From the NCBI GenBank assembly GCA_963693365.1, contig CAVNZM010000005.1:12299728-12363727 (forward strand): a stretch of 64,000 nt of DNA, in the 5' to 3' direction. Below, in pieces: positions 1 to 29,960 of the stretch. Below the pieces are notes generated by a model, which had not been told where the DNA came from, searched no databases, and worked only from the letters and a program-made list of their open reading frames with translations. Position numbers and translations under genes: made by a program. The first letter of the stretch is position 1, and the number at the start of each line of letters is the position of its first letter. The stretch comes from Amoebidium appalachense (taxonomy: Eukaryota; Protista; Ichthyosporea).

Positions 1-116
1 AACATTTTCCGCACACAACAAAAACTCAAACACAGTTGAAAGCACAGTTCACACACAAAAAAAACACATAAACAGACAGAGACACACACATGCACACACG
101 CACGCGCACACACACA

Positions 117-148
<32 letters not shown>

Positions 149-260
149 GAGTGTACACAGACACGCAAGCACACAAACACCCATACCCACACAGTGAAGT
201 CCACAAACATCCAGACATTCACACACACATACACACACACTCTCTCTCTGCACACAGTGT

Positions 261-293
<33 letters not shown>

Positions 294-303
294 GCACACC
301 GAC

Positions 304-376
<73 letters not shown>

Positions 377-520
377 ACACCGACACACCGACACACACAC
401 CCCGTTACACACACACACAAATGCGCGTGTGCGCACACACACACCGTGACACACATGCACACACACCCCCACACCGTGACACACATGCACACACACCCAT
501 ACACCGTGTACACACCAAAC

Positions 521-585
<65 letters not shown>

Positions 586-859
586 GACGCGCACGCACAC
601 ACACATACACGCACGCATATACACATACACACATGCATACACACACATGCACGCACATGCAGGGTACACACACGGTGTACGAGAAGGGGAGGGATACAGA
701 GAGAATCTCAGATGCACAACCCAAGCACGGTGTCGACACTGGCACACACACGTATGTGTGGAAATGCTTGTGGAAATGAGCTCGTTACATTTGGAATAAC
801 TATTTCGATTCGTGTTCACTTTTCCTCCTCCCTCATCCCTTTTAACCCTACCCCCGCAG

Positions 860-8866
<8,007 letters not shown>

Positions 8867-10269
8867 ATCGAAAATTCATCGGAAGTTGCTGGCGGAAGAG
8901 TCACCGCTCAGGTTAAAGCCATCGCACCACTTCGCCGTCCAGAGTATGAAGATATCGGTGTGTTTACAAACAAAAATAGTAGTAGTGTTATGTGGAAGGG
9001 TAGTTGGGATTGAATTCTTACCGGTTTTTGAAACTGAAATGTCAAGTTGGCCTAGACTGCCGCCTTGGGATTCGATTTTATATTTCTGAACTTTATGGCT
9101 GGCTGTATTAGACTAATTACATTAACTAATAGATAGACCCGGAAAAGCCACTAGTCTGAAACTAGGGACCTGCAAAGTAGATTAATATAGATAGTCATAC
9201 GATTTAATATGATATAGAGGTCCCATCGACGTCGGCAATGAACCAGCCCCAGTGTTTCAAGGACGGGCTTAGATGTGGCGCAATTTTTGGTGAAGTATTA
9301 AGTCAACGGGTATATGTCTCTTAGTGGCTTCAAGTAGTGCAAAACTAGATATTTGGTTTGGCTGTGTCATAAAAATCAGTTTGTCTCAAGTGGCCGGTGT
9401 TTGTATTTTAGGGTTCCACGTTTGCATATACTGATTGCTGACTCGGTGAAAGGCATCAAACTAATTTTTTTTATTTTCATTTTTTTTTGAGAGGAAGGGG
9501 GGGGGGGGGGGGGAGGGGGGGTTGTATACATATGACGGAATTTTATATCTTAAAAATAATCTGTAGCATAACAACAGTTTGACTGCAGAATCAAAACAGG
9601 TACATTTCGACTCACACAAGCACACACCACATGCACACACAACCGTGCGCACGCACCCGCCCACCTGGATAATGCTAAGACACGTACGGCACAACTGTTT
9701 CTCTCTCGTTCTTCGCCTATGCACATTCAATTTCCTTCTTTTCTCCCTCCAACACAGCTCAGACACACACATCCACCAACCATTACGCATAGTATGGAAC
9801 ACACATTGCCCAGACACGCACCTACACGTGCGCACCTGATCGAATGAGTAGCCCACATACACTTTTTATACCACACTCGCACCAATACACACATCTGTAC
9901 ACACAAGCGCGCGCACACACACACACACACACACCAACACAGATCTAGACACATACACATACACGCACAGGCATGCAGGCAAACAGAGACACGCAGACAT
10001 ACCCACTTACGATTGAACCACCCACACACACGTGCGCGCACACGCACCCAACCGGGGTCGGTAACTCCTGGACCATCGAATTTGACCCGAGCACTCACCT
10101 AACCGCTAATGTTCTGTACACTATACAACGCACATGCAAGAGTCGGTGAGCACCCGATTCCTTTGCAAAACGTGCACACATCCACACAACCACACGCACA
10201 GACACATTCAAACCCTGTCTACCCACTCCCCCCCCCCCCCCCCCCCCCCCCCAACCACCACCACCACCA

Positions 10270-10318
<49 letters not shown>

Positions 10319-10350
10319 GTCGCCCAACACCATATTTTCATACAATTTAA

Positions 10351-10390
<40 letters not shown>

Positions 10391-10453
10391 AAAAAGAAAG
10401 AAAGAAAGAAAAACCCAGATCGGCGCGCACACACAACCCAAATCAAACATAAA

Positions 10454-10492
<39 letters not shown>

Positions 10493-10610
10493 CACACAAA
10501 AAAGCCGGTACGATATCTACACACAAACACACACACACAGTGTCGCAATCGCCCGGCCCACCAACTCATCCACACACGATTTAATCCCCCCCTCCCCCCC
10601 CCCAAACCGT

Positions 10611-10665
<55 letters not shown>

Positions 10666-10994
10666 GTATTCACAGACACGACCCTTTGGATCACTTCGTC
10701 AGTCATTTAACTTATTTGCGCAAATTTAAAGAAAAGTGGAGGGGGTAGCATTAGCATGCTAGGTGAGGTCCTCCGGGGAGGGGGAGAGGGGGAGGGGGAC
10801 CGAAAAGCACCGAAAAGGGGGAAAAAATTTCGATACAGTAACATGTGTCAATATTGTACGATTGAGACCGCTAAGGAACTTATCAACTAACTTTAATGCC
10901 TAGCACACAGTGCTAAAGGCAATATTGCAGATATATTTGATATTCGTTAAACGGGTTAAAACTGGACTCTAAATAAGGTTATAAATAATACTTA

Positions 10995-11710
10995 GGGCGT
11001 GTTTGGCAGCGCAGTATATCGTCTTTCATCGTATTCGTATTTTCGCACAATACCACGAATACGAATTTGTGTCGTGCCAAACACGCTGCAGAATTATATC
11101 TCGCGAAAAGACGATGGGATCGCTTTTATATCGTCTTTTCGAAAATCACCTCCGGAGGTGATTATGTTTTCGAAAGGACGATATAACTTTCGGTCAATCA
11201 TTAGCGCAGTAAGCTTCTATTGGATCGATCCGATCCAATCCAATTTTGACATTGTCGCGAACCATTTATGGTTAGTTTAGCTGTGAGGTTGGTGGAAACC
11301 GGATCCAGCGGTACCTGTTCTTTTCCAAATAATGCCTTTATTTTTACAATAGAAGTAAATTAAAAACAAGAGTACGTAGAAAAGTGCCTTTGTAAATATC
11401 ATTTATATAGAAAGATGCAAACTGCGCTCAAAATATGACTTTTAATCGCACGTCGAAGTACTAAATATATTATTATCGATTTACATCCCTCCGCCCAATC
11501 AAACATCTTATCGATACATTTTTAGCATTCCATTGATGACACGTAAATATGATCGAGCGAGCATATATTGCGTATTCAGGCGCGTTTGGCACGCCATAAT
11601 CGTATTATCGCCCCTAAAGACGCATACCTCAAAATAAATTTATAAATACGATTAATCGTCTTTTCGCACAATAATACGAATACGATTATTTTTGGCTGCC
11701 AAACACGCCC
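10995..11710. mobile_element. PIF/Harbinger (Tourist-like) non-autonomous DNA transposon / MITE
   Basis: 16-bp perfect TIR gggcgtgtttggcagc ... gctgccaaacacgccc; TTA on both flanks (10992-10994, 11711-11713); AT-rich non-coding interior free of microsatellites. Confidence 0.9.
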
Positions 11711-11986
11711 TTAAAATCATTACGAGCAAAACCGATGGCTGTAAATAGAGATTTAATCGAAGCAGAATTACTTGTTTGCAGATGACAAAAATAGCGAGAC
11801 GACAGTAAGAAATTTCGCCATTACACCTACGTTTACGAGGTATACGTAATAGTAATACTATCTAACATATCTACCACGGTCACCATGGGTGAAATGGCTA
11901 ACTAACGCTTTCGAGGGGCAAACTTGACGCATGGACGTGCGCAGATGTGGTATGCGTGGTGTATTTACAAAATATGCGCAATGTGT

Positions 11987-12052
<66 letters not shown>

Positions 12053-12248
12053 ATGTGTGTCTGTGTGTGTCTGTATGTGTGTTGGAAACATGCCTGCACG
12101 CGCCCAAATACAAATTATGCCCAAACCGCTGCGAGTGGCTAGCTTGTGCACTACTTATATCATAAAGATGAGACGACAAACTCAAACAAGAAGAAAAGAT
12201 GAGACATGAAAGAATGCCCATCGCTATGATATAAAACACATATACTGA

Positions 12249-13392
12249 TTAGTATCCAATCTCTTCACACGGTAGGGTGAAATTTTGAAGCCCCAAATGG
12301 TTCACCCACACATCATCCAACGGCCCATAAGCCCCCCACCTTCTACACTCCTTCAAGCTGGCCAATCGCATCACCGGTCGATGGTCGTTGCTGATTGGAC
12401 AAAGCTCAGCGATACTTTCCTTATACAGCTGCACTGTCCACCTCGCCACATGAGCCAATTCGGCTTCCTCTCTTGAGAGCGAAACTGGGCCTGGGTCGGT
12501 ACCTGGAAGGTCTTTGGGGAGAGGGATAAAGGGGTTGATTGGTCCCAGATTGTTATAGAGGAAATCGTATTGGTCCGGCACCCAATAGCCTCTTGCAACA
12601 GGTGTCTGTGGCGGTGTAGGGGGAATGTATGTGGGTGACGGGGTAGTTGGTGGTTGGGGAGGCGGGATAACCATGGGTGATGGTGGAATAGCAATAGGTG
12701 TGGATGAAATAACAATGGGTGTGGGTGGAATAACATTGGGTGTGGGTGGAATAACATTGGGTGTGGGTGTTTGTGGCAGGGTGGAAGGAGGAATCATTGT
12801 GATGGGTGGTTGTGCCGGGCCGGTAGGAATTGGTCGAGGAGTCGGTGTCTGAAAGTGAGGCCTCATAAGTTTGATGGTAACAACGGTATTCATAGTGTTG
12901 GAGGGGGTGTATGTTTGTGGTTGTGGTGGAATAGAAGTAGCCGGTTGAACAGTCGTTGTTTTGCTCGAACCGGGACCAGGAATAAGAGTATAATATTCGT
13001 CGTAGCTGCCCTGATTTCCCTCCTGATAACCCCCATGCTCATGTTCACTCTCCACAACTCCAACCGCACCCCCGTCGCACGACGAACAGGATCTCGTCCG
13101 AATGTCGATAAATTCCCTGCGATTTCTCGCCGTAGTTGAGCCAATAAGAACCCCCCACGGAATTTGGTTTAAACACTTTCCGATGTTGGTCCAGATCGAA
13201 GCCTTATCCATGCGATCCGGCGAGTACGTATATCCCAAATCGTAGATGTTATTGACCATTCGCGGTGTGATGTTTCCGGGGATAGCGACAAACGGGTCGT
13301 CATATCCATGGGATATATTTACCGAATTCTGCGAATAGTGCTCTTTGGGCACATCTGGTCCGGGATCTTTCGTCCTGTCGTGGCATTCCTGT

Positions 13393-13435
<43 letters not shown>

Positions 13436-13891
13436 GTGTGTGAGCATGCAAACATATGGCACCTTAATGAACCTTCGTACCATCTCCTCCCCCTCCCCCC
13501 CTTCCCCCCCCCCCCCCCCCCCCCCCCCGTCCCCTTCCCCCCAACGCCCCTCCCACCCGCTACTCCCCCTCCAGTCCCGTCCCCTCCCCTCTCTCTCTCC
13601 CCTTCCCCCAACCCTTCACCCAAAGTTCTCGCCATACACAACCCACCTCAAACAACATCCCCCCTCCCCCCCTCCCCTGCGCTCCTCCCCTCCCCTCCCG
13701 TCCCTGTAAAACGAGAAAATGTTTGAAATTTGTTCTCAAAATGTACTACCTTCTGCACCACCGAAAACATCAATTCTACAGTTAGGTAAATTACCTGCCA
13801 CGAAGCCCAGATCTTATCAACCATTGAATGGTGGAAGAAGAAGATTGGGTCGTTGGGAGAGAAGTACGGATCGGCCATGGTGCCTCCAATC

Positions 13892-13929
<38 letters not shown>

Positions 13930-14151
13930 GCGCGCGCGCGTGTGTTGTGGAGTTAAGTTACTTGTGCCACGTTATGCGAGTACATGCACATACACAAACT
14001 TGTGCGCCTGTGCGTATTCGTGTCTGTTGTTGTTGTTGCGTATGTGTGCTTGTATGCATGTACATGATGAGGCACGGGCCACACGTCTGGACACATTTCG
14101 TATGAATCTGTACATGGATCTCTCTCTATGTGTGTGTGCTTGCATCTGCGC

Positions 14152-14195
<44 letters not shown>

Positions 14196-14639
14196 ATGTG
14201 TGTGTGTGTGTGTGAGTGCGAGTGCGAGTGTGTGCAAGTGTGTGGGTGTGTGCGGTGTGGGTATATACGTGACAGAGCCGGAAGAAGAAAGGTTGACAAA
14301 ATGATGATGGAAGGGGAACGAGGGGAAGGGGAGAGGGGGGGGGGGGAGGGCTGTGTGTGATGTGTATGTATAGGAGCGGGAGGTTTACACTCAGCTGCAC
14401 ACGGTGTTTGTGGGTGCAGTAAGCATGTGTGGCCGAGTGTAACCACGCACGTGTGTGGGTTTGGTTCTATTAGTGTGCGAGCACATTCCCCTCCTTCTCT
14501 CTCTCTTTCTCCCCCCCTCCCCCCCCCCCCCCCTCCCCCCGGCGCCTCTCCCCTTTCTCCCTGCCCTTTTTACGCTCTTCCTCTATCCCTATCCATTCCT
14601 CGCCCTTGCTCCCTCTCTATCTCTCTCTGTGTGGTTATG

Positions 14640-14710
<71 letters not shown>

Positions 14711-15271
14711 CGTGTGCACATATATAAGCATGTGGCCCAGGGTGCATGTGTATACATTCGTGTGAATGTGTTGATTTCCATATGCATTATAAGTGCTTTT
14801 GGATCTACCAAAGTTCACTAAGAGATGGGGCGGAAATGGAAGGATAGGGAGGATAACATACTGTTATGAATGAGACCATGCCACGACTTCAAAAAGTCTG
14901 AAAATTCGTTGAAGTCGCTGTGCTCTAGGATGCCAGCCGCCACATCTACGGGGCCAGGTGGCCGCCACCCCCTGCTGTGATCGAATGGTCTCTTGACACA
15001 GATGGAGTCATCATTGTACCGAATACGGCCCAAATAGTCGTCCAGGAAGCAGTCTTTACCTTCAAAGGAGAAGGGAGGAATGGTCATTGGTGCATTTTTC
15101 CGACTCAACATGTATTGTCCACCCTACCCCCCTTCCTCCCCTCGCTCCCCACCGTCCTCCTCCCCCCTCCCCTCCCCCCACCCTTCCGGCGCTTACCTAC
15201 CCCCTCCTCCCTTTACCCTATCCCCCACCTCCCCCGACGCTAGCTTCTTTGAAACACCTGAGTGGCTGCCA

Positions 15272-15303
<32 letters not shown>

Positions 15304-16712
15304 TCCCCCTCCTCCCCCCAAAACCTTAATTCTCTAAATTCACGCACGCAGGCACTCGACGAGCACGGATCACTACCTCAGCCTCCTTCTGTTTCTCGCT
15401 CTTCCCCAAGACAACGACTCATCCCACATTATGTCAATACACATAAACAGGCAGAAAACGGACAAACCCGCATCGAACCATAACAGCTTCCTCTTGATAA
15501 TCCTCCACTTCCCCCTCTCCCCCCTCCCTGCCCCCCCCCCCTCCCCCCTCCCCCCACCTCTGTCAACTTTATCGCTTTTGCACTCAGTCTCACCATGGGA
15601 TACTTACTCACACCACCCAGGTCGTTCACAACGGTGATGTTTGGTGGCTCATACACGTTCTCTTTGATGTCCTGCGTCCAATCCCAGTACGGTATGGTGA
15701 TGCAGGAAAATCTTTCACCCAAGGAACGCAATTGTCTCTCAAAAAGGAGCGTGAAGTAGCGGTGCCACGCCAAAAACGCGTTACTTTTGTGTGCGCCCAT
15801 GAGCGTGATTGCTTCCTCGTGAAATGGTATCACTTTCCTGTACTCGCCTTTTGCTATCAATAAGCGTAAAGCCTCAATAAAGTTTTCCCTTTGCGCTTTG
15901 TTAAGCTCCCGCCACTCCCTTCTGACAAAATACCCTTTGTCATCTTTCAACCCTGCACATAGCTCCTGTTTCGTTACAGGGCCCGCCGGTCGTTCAGGTG
16001 TTACAGAAACAGATGGCTTAACTAATGCTGTTACCGTGATTATAGTTTGCAATTGAGCTGGGGATATAGATGCTGTGGCGGTAATTTTTTCAGTTGTGAC
16101 TGTGGTTTTGGTGGAAAGGGTTGTGTTTGCTTGTTGCACACAGCGACGTGATACATCACTAAAAACTGTGCCATTTGTGCACGGGCGATGGCATCGTTGT
16201 ATCCCTGGGCTGTAAATGTAGTTCCGCGGACACGTGACAACAAGACGCTTGACGCATAGACCTGGAGAAAATAAAAATAGTAAGCATAAAGCCACATACA
16301 CATATCACGATAATTGGATGGGGGATGCTGCACCCGTGAAACATGTAGCAAAAATACGAAAGTTCTTTGGCCACACACTATCTGTCCTGACAAAACAAAT
16401 CCTTTAACCCCTTACAAAATGAAAGGCTCTCTCACATTCACGTACAAGGGTTTCGCTATGCAAATAATGAATTAATAGCAGGGGAAGAGAGGGTTAACAT
16501 ACCGGTAGAAGGATTCTGGACAACCCAGACAGGCATCTCTCATCCTTAACACAGTTTTCAGGCTGGGCTATGGCTGGCTCTGGTGGACAAGCTTCGATCA
16601 CTGTGCGTGTGCGGTTTACTGCTGTGCTGCTGTTTGTGGTTTGCGTAAAAGCTACGCCACAAAACCCATGAAACCAAAGAGATATGGCTGTGAGAGCCCG
16701 AACTGACGACAT
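12249..16712 (-). CDS. Secreted tyrosinase (type-3 copper protein) with Cys-rich N-terminus and Pro/Thr-rich C-terminal region
   Basis: Exons approx. 16712-16503 (signal-peptide-like MSSVRALTAISLWF...), ~16386-16300, 16261-15612 (VRREWREL; CuA HEEAITLMGAHKSNAFLAWHRYF; IPYWDW), ~15123-14862 (WHGLIHN), 13892-13795 (IGGTMADPYFSPNDPIFFFHHSMVDKIWASWQ, CuB), 13388-12249 (DLGYTY motif, PTP repeats, TAA). The 5' exon phases and a possible small exon near 15340-15390 are uncertain. Confidence 0.9.
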
Positions 16713-17058
16713 GGTGGGAATGGGCGAACAAACGAACACGTGCTATAACTAAACATCTGCGAGCACATCTGACGAATGAAAGCCAGAGGGTGGTTAGAGA
16801 CGTGATGTCAGTTCAAGTGATAATGCCATGTTCATGTACTGGGGTTTGTGTCTGTATCATACACACGTGTCACAGCTGTCTCTATGCACATGGGGAAAAC
16901 CAGGAATACTATACGAGGGCCACAAGACAAAACCACAACGCACGTGACGCGTTCAAGTTGCAACTGACTGCTGCTGGCTGCGCGCACAGTTGGAGAATTC
17001 CTGTGACAAGTGGGCACCGGCAAAATAAGAAATTGTGCAGTCCACAGGTGTTTTATTG

Positions 17059-17089
17059 CACGGCCATCTAGAGACTCTAGATGGCCGTG
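17059..17089. mobile_element. 31-bp palindromic micro-insertion flanked by a 9-bp direct repeat
   Basis: gttttattg [cacggccatctagag a ctctagatggccgtg] gttttattg: 15-bp perfect arms with a 1-nt spacer; direct repeats at 17050-17058 and 17090-17098. Confidence 0.75.
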
Positions 17090-17752
17090 GTTTTATTGGC
17101 ATTCTAGATCTAGAAGTATGCAGAAGCAGAGTAAAAATTATGAATCACAATACTGATTCCGAAACACATTTACGGTGCCATAGAGGTAAAAATTATTTAA
17201 ATTAAACATAGAATATAGAAGAAAGCTATGTTATAAATTAATGGAGATTTAGGAAGCGATGTCTACGTAAGACTTTGTCTGTGCTGATATCAAAACTATT
17301 AAGTCTGTGACAGTGAGAGAGCATTATGATTAGTGTATTATCATTCAACATAGTGACACGTCATTCTTTAAAATGTGCCTAAGCCAATAGTGATTGGTTA
17401 GATCTGCATCAGATCTATTCGCAAATTTTAATTGGAGTAGGCCAGGCCAGCTGCTGTGCCAGCTGCACACAGCCTGGGCTCTGCCAGGTCGCAGCCTCGG
17501 ACAGTCAAGACTGTCACTGGCAGATGTGAGCGAGACTCAGCGAGTCGCTCGGGGCTCCCCCTGGCCGCCAGCTGCTGAGCTGCAGGGCAGTTCCCCAGGG
17601 CTGGACCCGACTCCCCACCACAGACATACGCTGGAGCAGGCTACAGCCCTCTGAGAAGCCACTGAGACTCCCGGGCTGGTCGAACACTGCCGGACTCTCT
17701 GCTGCCCCCCCGCTCCCCGGGCACCCCCCCCCAAACACACACACGCGCACAC

Positions 17753-17856
<104 letters not shown>

Positions 17857-18186
17857 GCGCGCGCGCGTGCGCGCGCATCCCCGCGGCGGGGAGTCCCCCA
17901 CTTGTTTTTAAGAGCGGCCTTAGTTAGATCGACATACAGCATGTGCATATGTGCAGGGGGATGTGGCTGTCTGACAATGTCTGTTCGAGTGACATTGTCG
18001 TGAGTGGTTGTGCAGTGTGTGTGTGTGTGTGTGTGTGCGTGTGTTTGTGTGCGTGTGTGTGCGTGCGTGCGCGTGCATGTGGCATTGCGTGCGTGTGTGC
18101 ATACATGTGTGCACGCGTGCTTACTCCAGTAACAACTAACGAGTGAATGTGAGACCCCTAAGTTCGAGTTACTCACATAATAATAG

Positions 18187-19402
18187 GGGGGCGGGTTGGT
18201 GCAATGGTAAGATCTCTGCGTGTCAAGCTCAAACGGTCGCAGGATCGATCCTGGTTACTTCCGATTTTTCTGCCTCCACGGTCCACCGGTCTGGCCGCCC
18301 CCTGGAAGCCATCACCCGCAGACCACGTCAAGCAGCACCACCAATTTGTTATCATCCGGCCGCAAGACATGACGTCATGAACAGCACCCCCTTGGGGGCG
18401 GGTTGGTGCAATGGTAAGATCTCTGCGTGTCAAGCTCAAAGTCGCAGGACTGATCCTGGTTACTTCCGATTTTTCTGCCTCGACGGTCCACCGGTCTGGC
18501 CGGCCCCTAGAAGCCATCACCCCAGACCACGTCAAGCAGCACCACCAATTTGTTATCATCCGGCCGCAAGACATGACGTCATGAACAGCACCGGCCCTCT
18601 GACGTCGACGGCGCGCCGCTTGGGCATCCCAGCCCAACGTTCAAGTGGGAGACCAATCCGAGTCACCGGCCACGGTTCGGGTCAGCGTCCTGGGCATGGG
18701 GTCTTCCCCTTTCAAGTCTTTATGTTTGTGTGTGCCCCGGGTCGCTCCCGGCTGGTGTTGTTAAAGTGAGCTGTGCTCACTTCCCCACTAGCGTTGCGGC
18801 TAGAACCGTGGGATAAGGCGTAACTAAAAATAGTGCCAGTTGGGGTCAAATAGGATCCTGACTTATGAGTGTGCTATACAGTACGATCTGTGTCTAGGCG
18901 GAAGACGGTAAGCTCCCCTGAGGCAGTGCCTCGCCGGGAGTGAAACGGGATAAAATAAAAATAAAAAAAATAAAAAATGAACAGCACCCACTGGCCCTCT
19001 GACATCGACGGCGCGCCGCTTGGGCATCCCAGCCCAACGTTCAAGTGGGAGACCAATCCGAGTCACCGGCCACGGTTCGGGTCAACTTCTGGGCATGGGG
19101 TCTTCCCCTTTCAAGTCTTTATGTTAAACTTTGTGTATGTGTCCCGGGTCGCTCCCGGCTGGTGTTGTTAAAGTGAGCTGTGCTCACTTCCCCACTAGCG
19201 TTGCTGCGGCTAGAACCGTGGGATAAGGCGTATCTAAAAATAGTGCCAGTTGCGGTCTATTAGAATCCTTACTTATGAGTGTGCTATACCGTGCAGTACG
19301 ATCTGTGTCTAGGCGGAAGACGGTAAGCTCCCCTGAGGCAGTGCCTCGCCGGGAGTACTGAAACGGGATAAAATAAATAAAAAAATAAATAAAAAAATAA
19401 AG
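18187..19402 (+). mobile_element. tRNA-derived SINE (outer copy, interrupted by a second copy)
   Basis: tRNA-like head with A-box-like tggtgcaatgg and B-box/T-arm-like caggatcgatcctg; 3' stem-loop and (TAAAA)n tail; 12-bp TSD acataataatag at 18175-18186 and 19403-19414. Confidence 0.85.
18390..18976 (+). mobile_element. tRNA-derived SINE (inner full-length copy)
   Basis: Same head, body and A-rich tail as the outer copy; own 13-bp TSD atgaacagcaccc at 18377-18389 and 18977-18989. Confidence 0.85.
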
Positions 19403-20444
19403 ACATAATAATAGCTAGCATGTGCGCATGCAAATGACTATAGATGGACCAAGGCCATTGTCAGATGATTGCCCTGAGTGGATGAGTACCTAGCAAGTGC
19501 GTGAAATTGCACTCAATCTTTTTATCATTATTACAAACAGGCTGCCGCCTGCTGTCATTAATATTCGTACAAAATTCGTTCTCCGTGTTTGAAAGTGAGT
19601 AGGGCTCACGGGCGATTTATTCAATAATTATTGATCGGACATACTACTAGTCATAATGTAGCCTTGCGCACACGTTCAAAAAAGTAACCGTTCCAAATTT
19701 AAAAACCAGGTGCAACTCAAGGGCACCCAATAATTAGCCTAAACACGACTTCTCAAAAGGTCATTCAACATATCTGCAAAATTTTAATGTTAAGGGGCCT
19801 CAATAGCCATTTCGCACGACTCATAGACCACGCGTTTTAGCATCATACCATTTCCGAGCGCACAGGAACACATTAGGAAAGGTGGGTTTAAAGGGGAAGA
19901 AAAAACCTACATGACCCAAAAGTGTGACAAAAAAAAAAAAAGTAAGAAACGGTCAACTACATAAAGACTCTAAACGATCAAACCGTATGTATAGCCTTGC
20001 TATGCAATCCTTTTTGGGAAAAAACTAGGGACCGGCCCGATACGGTTCGTTCTACCGCTACTTACACATACCAGTATAGTCTACATAGATGTACACTCTG
20101 TAAAGACAGCGGGATAGTGTACAGAAAAATGTCATCATGTGATTCAAGCATGGTTGCTGAAGGAGTGCGGCGAAAGTCAAAAAAATAATATGATCGTGGG
20201 GTATAGTATTTGGTTTAGCTGAGTAAAAAGGAGGGTAGTGCGGTAGGTGGATAAGAGAGGTGTGGTGTGCGTGTGTGTGGGTGCGTGCGAGCGTAGGTGT
20301 GCGTGTGTATAGAAGGAGAAGGGTGGGTGGGTGGGTGGGTGTGCGCGCGTGTGTGTGGTGGTGGTGGTGCTGGTTGTGGGGAGGGGGGAGGAGGGGGAGA
20401 GGGGGAGGGGTGGGGTGGGGGGGGGGTTGATATCTGCATCAATA

Positions 20445-20650
20445 CAGTGCGGACTGGATATGGGCACCGGGTCGGACAGGCACTTTTTGGGGTGCCCATA
20501 TCCAGATGTGCCGATATCCAGACTACTAGGGAACCATTCTAATTATGAGGATAGGGGGATTAATTATTCTCGACCCGGCCCAAATAGCTCGGGCCGGGTC
20601 GGCTGCCACCGGTGCCCTTATCCAGTGGTGCCCATATCCAGTCCACACTG
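20445..20650. mobile_element. Tc1/mariner (pogo-like) MITE, 206 bp
   Basis: TIR cagtgcggactggatatgggcacc ... ggtgcccatatccagtccacactg (one mismatch); TA on both flanks; internal partial copies of gtgcccatatccag. Confidence 0.88.
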
Positions 20651-20698
20651 TATGTTGCGTTTTCATTCGGTAGTATTCGGATCGTCTCGGCGAAGCCT

Positions 20699-29578
<8,880 letters not shown>

Positions 29579-29619
29579 GCCATACGTAGCCTGAAAAGTG
29601 GCAATCATGAGTTAAATGA

Positions 29620-29960
29620 GCTAAGTGAGCACTAGAGCAGGCATCAGCATTGGAGCATGGTTGGCATTATTAGCATAACAGCTTTAGAGCATAGTTAGCA
29701 TTGAAGCATAGTTGGCTTTGGAGCATAGTTGGATTAAAGTATAAGGGCATTAGGAGTCAGCGCTAGAGCATAGTTAGCATTATAGCATTAGAGCACAAGA
29801 TCTTTAGAGCATGGCAGCATAGTTAGCCTTAAAAGGTCTGAACACCTGAGATCATGGCGAATCATGCATTTGAAGAGCATTAGAGCAGAGCTAGCATGAG
29901 AGCATAGTTAGCATAGGTAGCTTAAAGGCATTGGAGCAATAGAGCACAAGTAACATAAAG
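29620..29960. repeat. Degenerate minisatellite just upstream of the SPRING1 start codon
   Basis: Many imperfect copies of (t)agagcatagttagcat. Confidence 0.7.

Noticed and set aside
18187-18263. Functional tRNA gene
   Set aside because: Acceptor and anticodon stems do not pair properly; it is the head of a TSD-flanked SINE.
18895-18950. Hammerhead ribozyme at the SINE 3' end (ctgagg...gaaac)
   Set aside because: No CUGANGA core correctly placed next to stem II; better explained as a retroposon 3' stem-loop.
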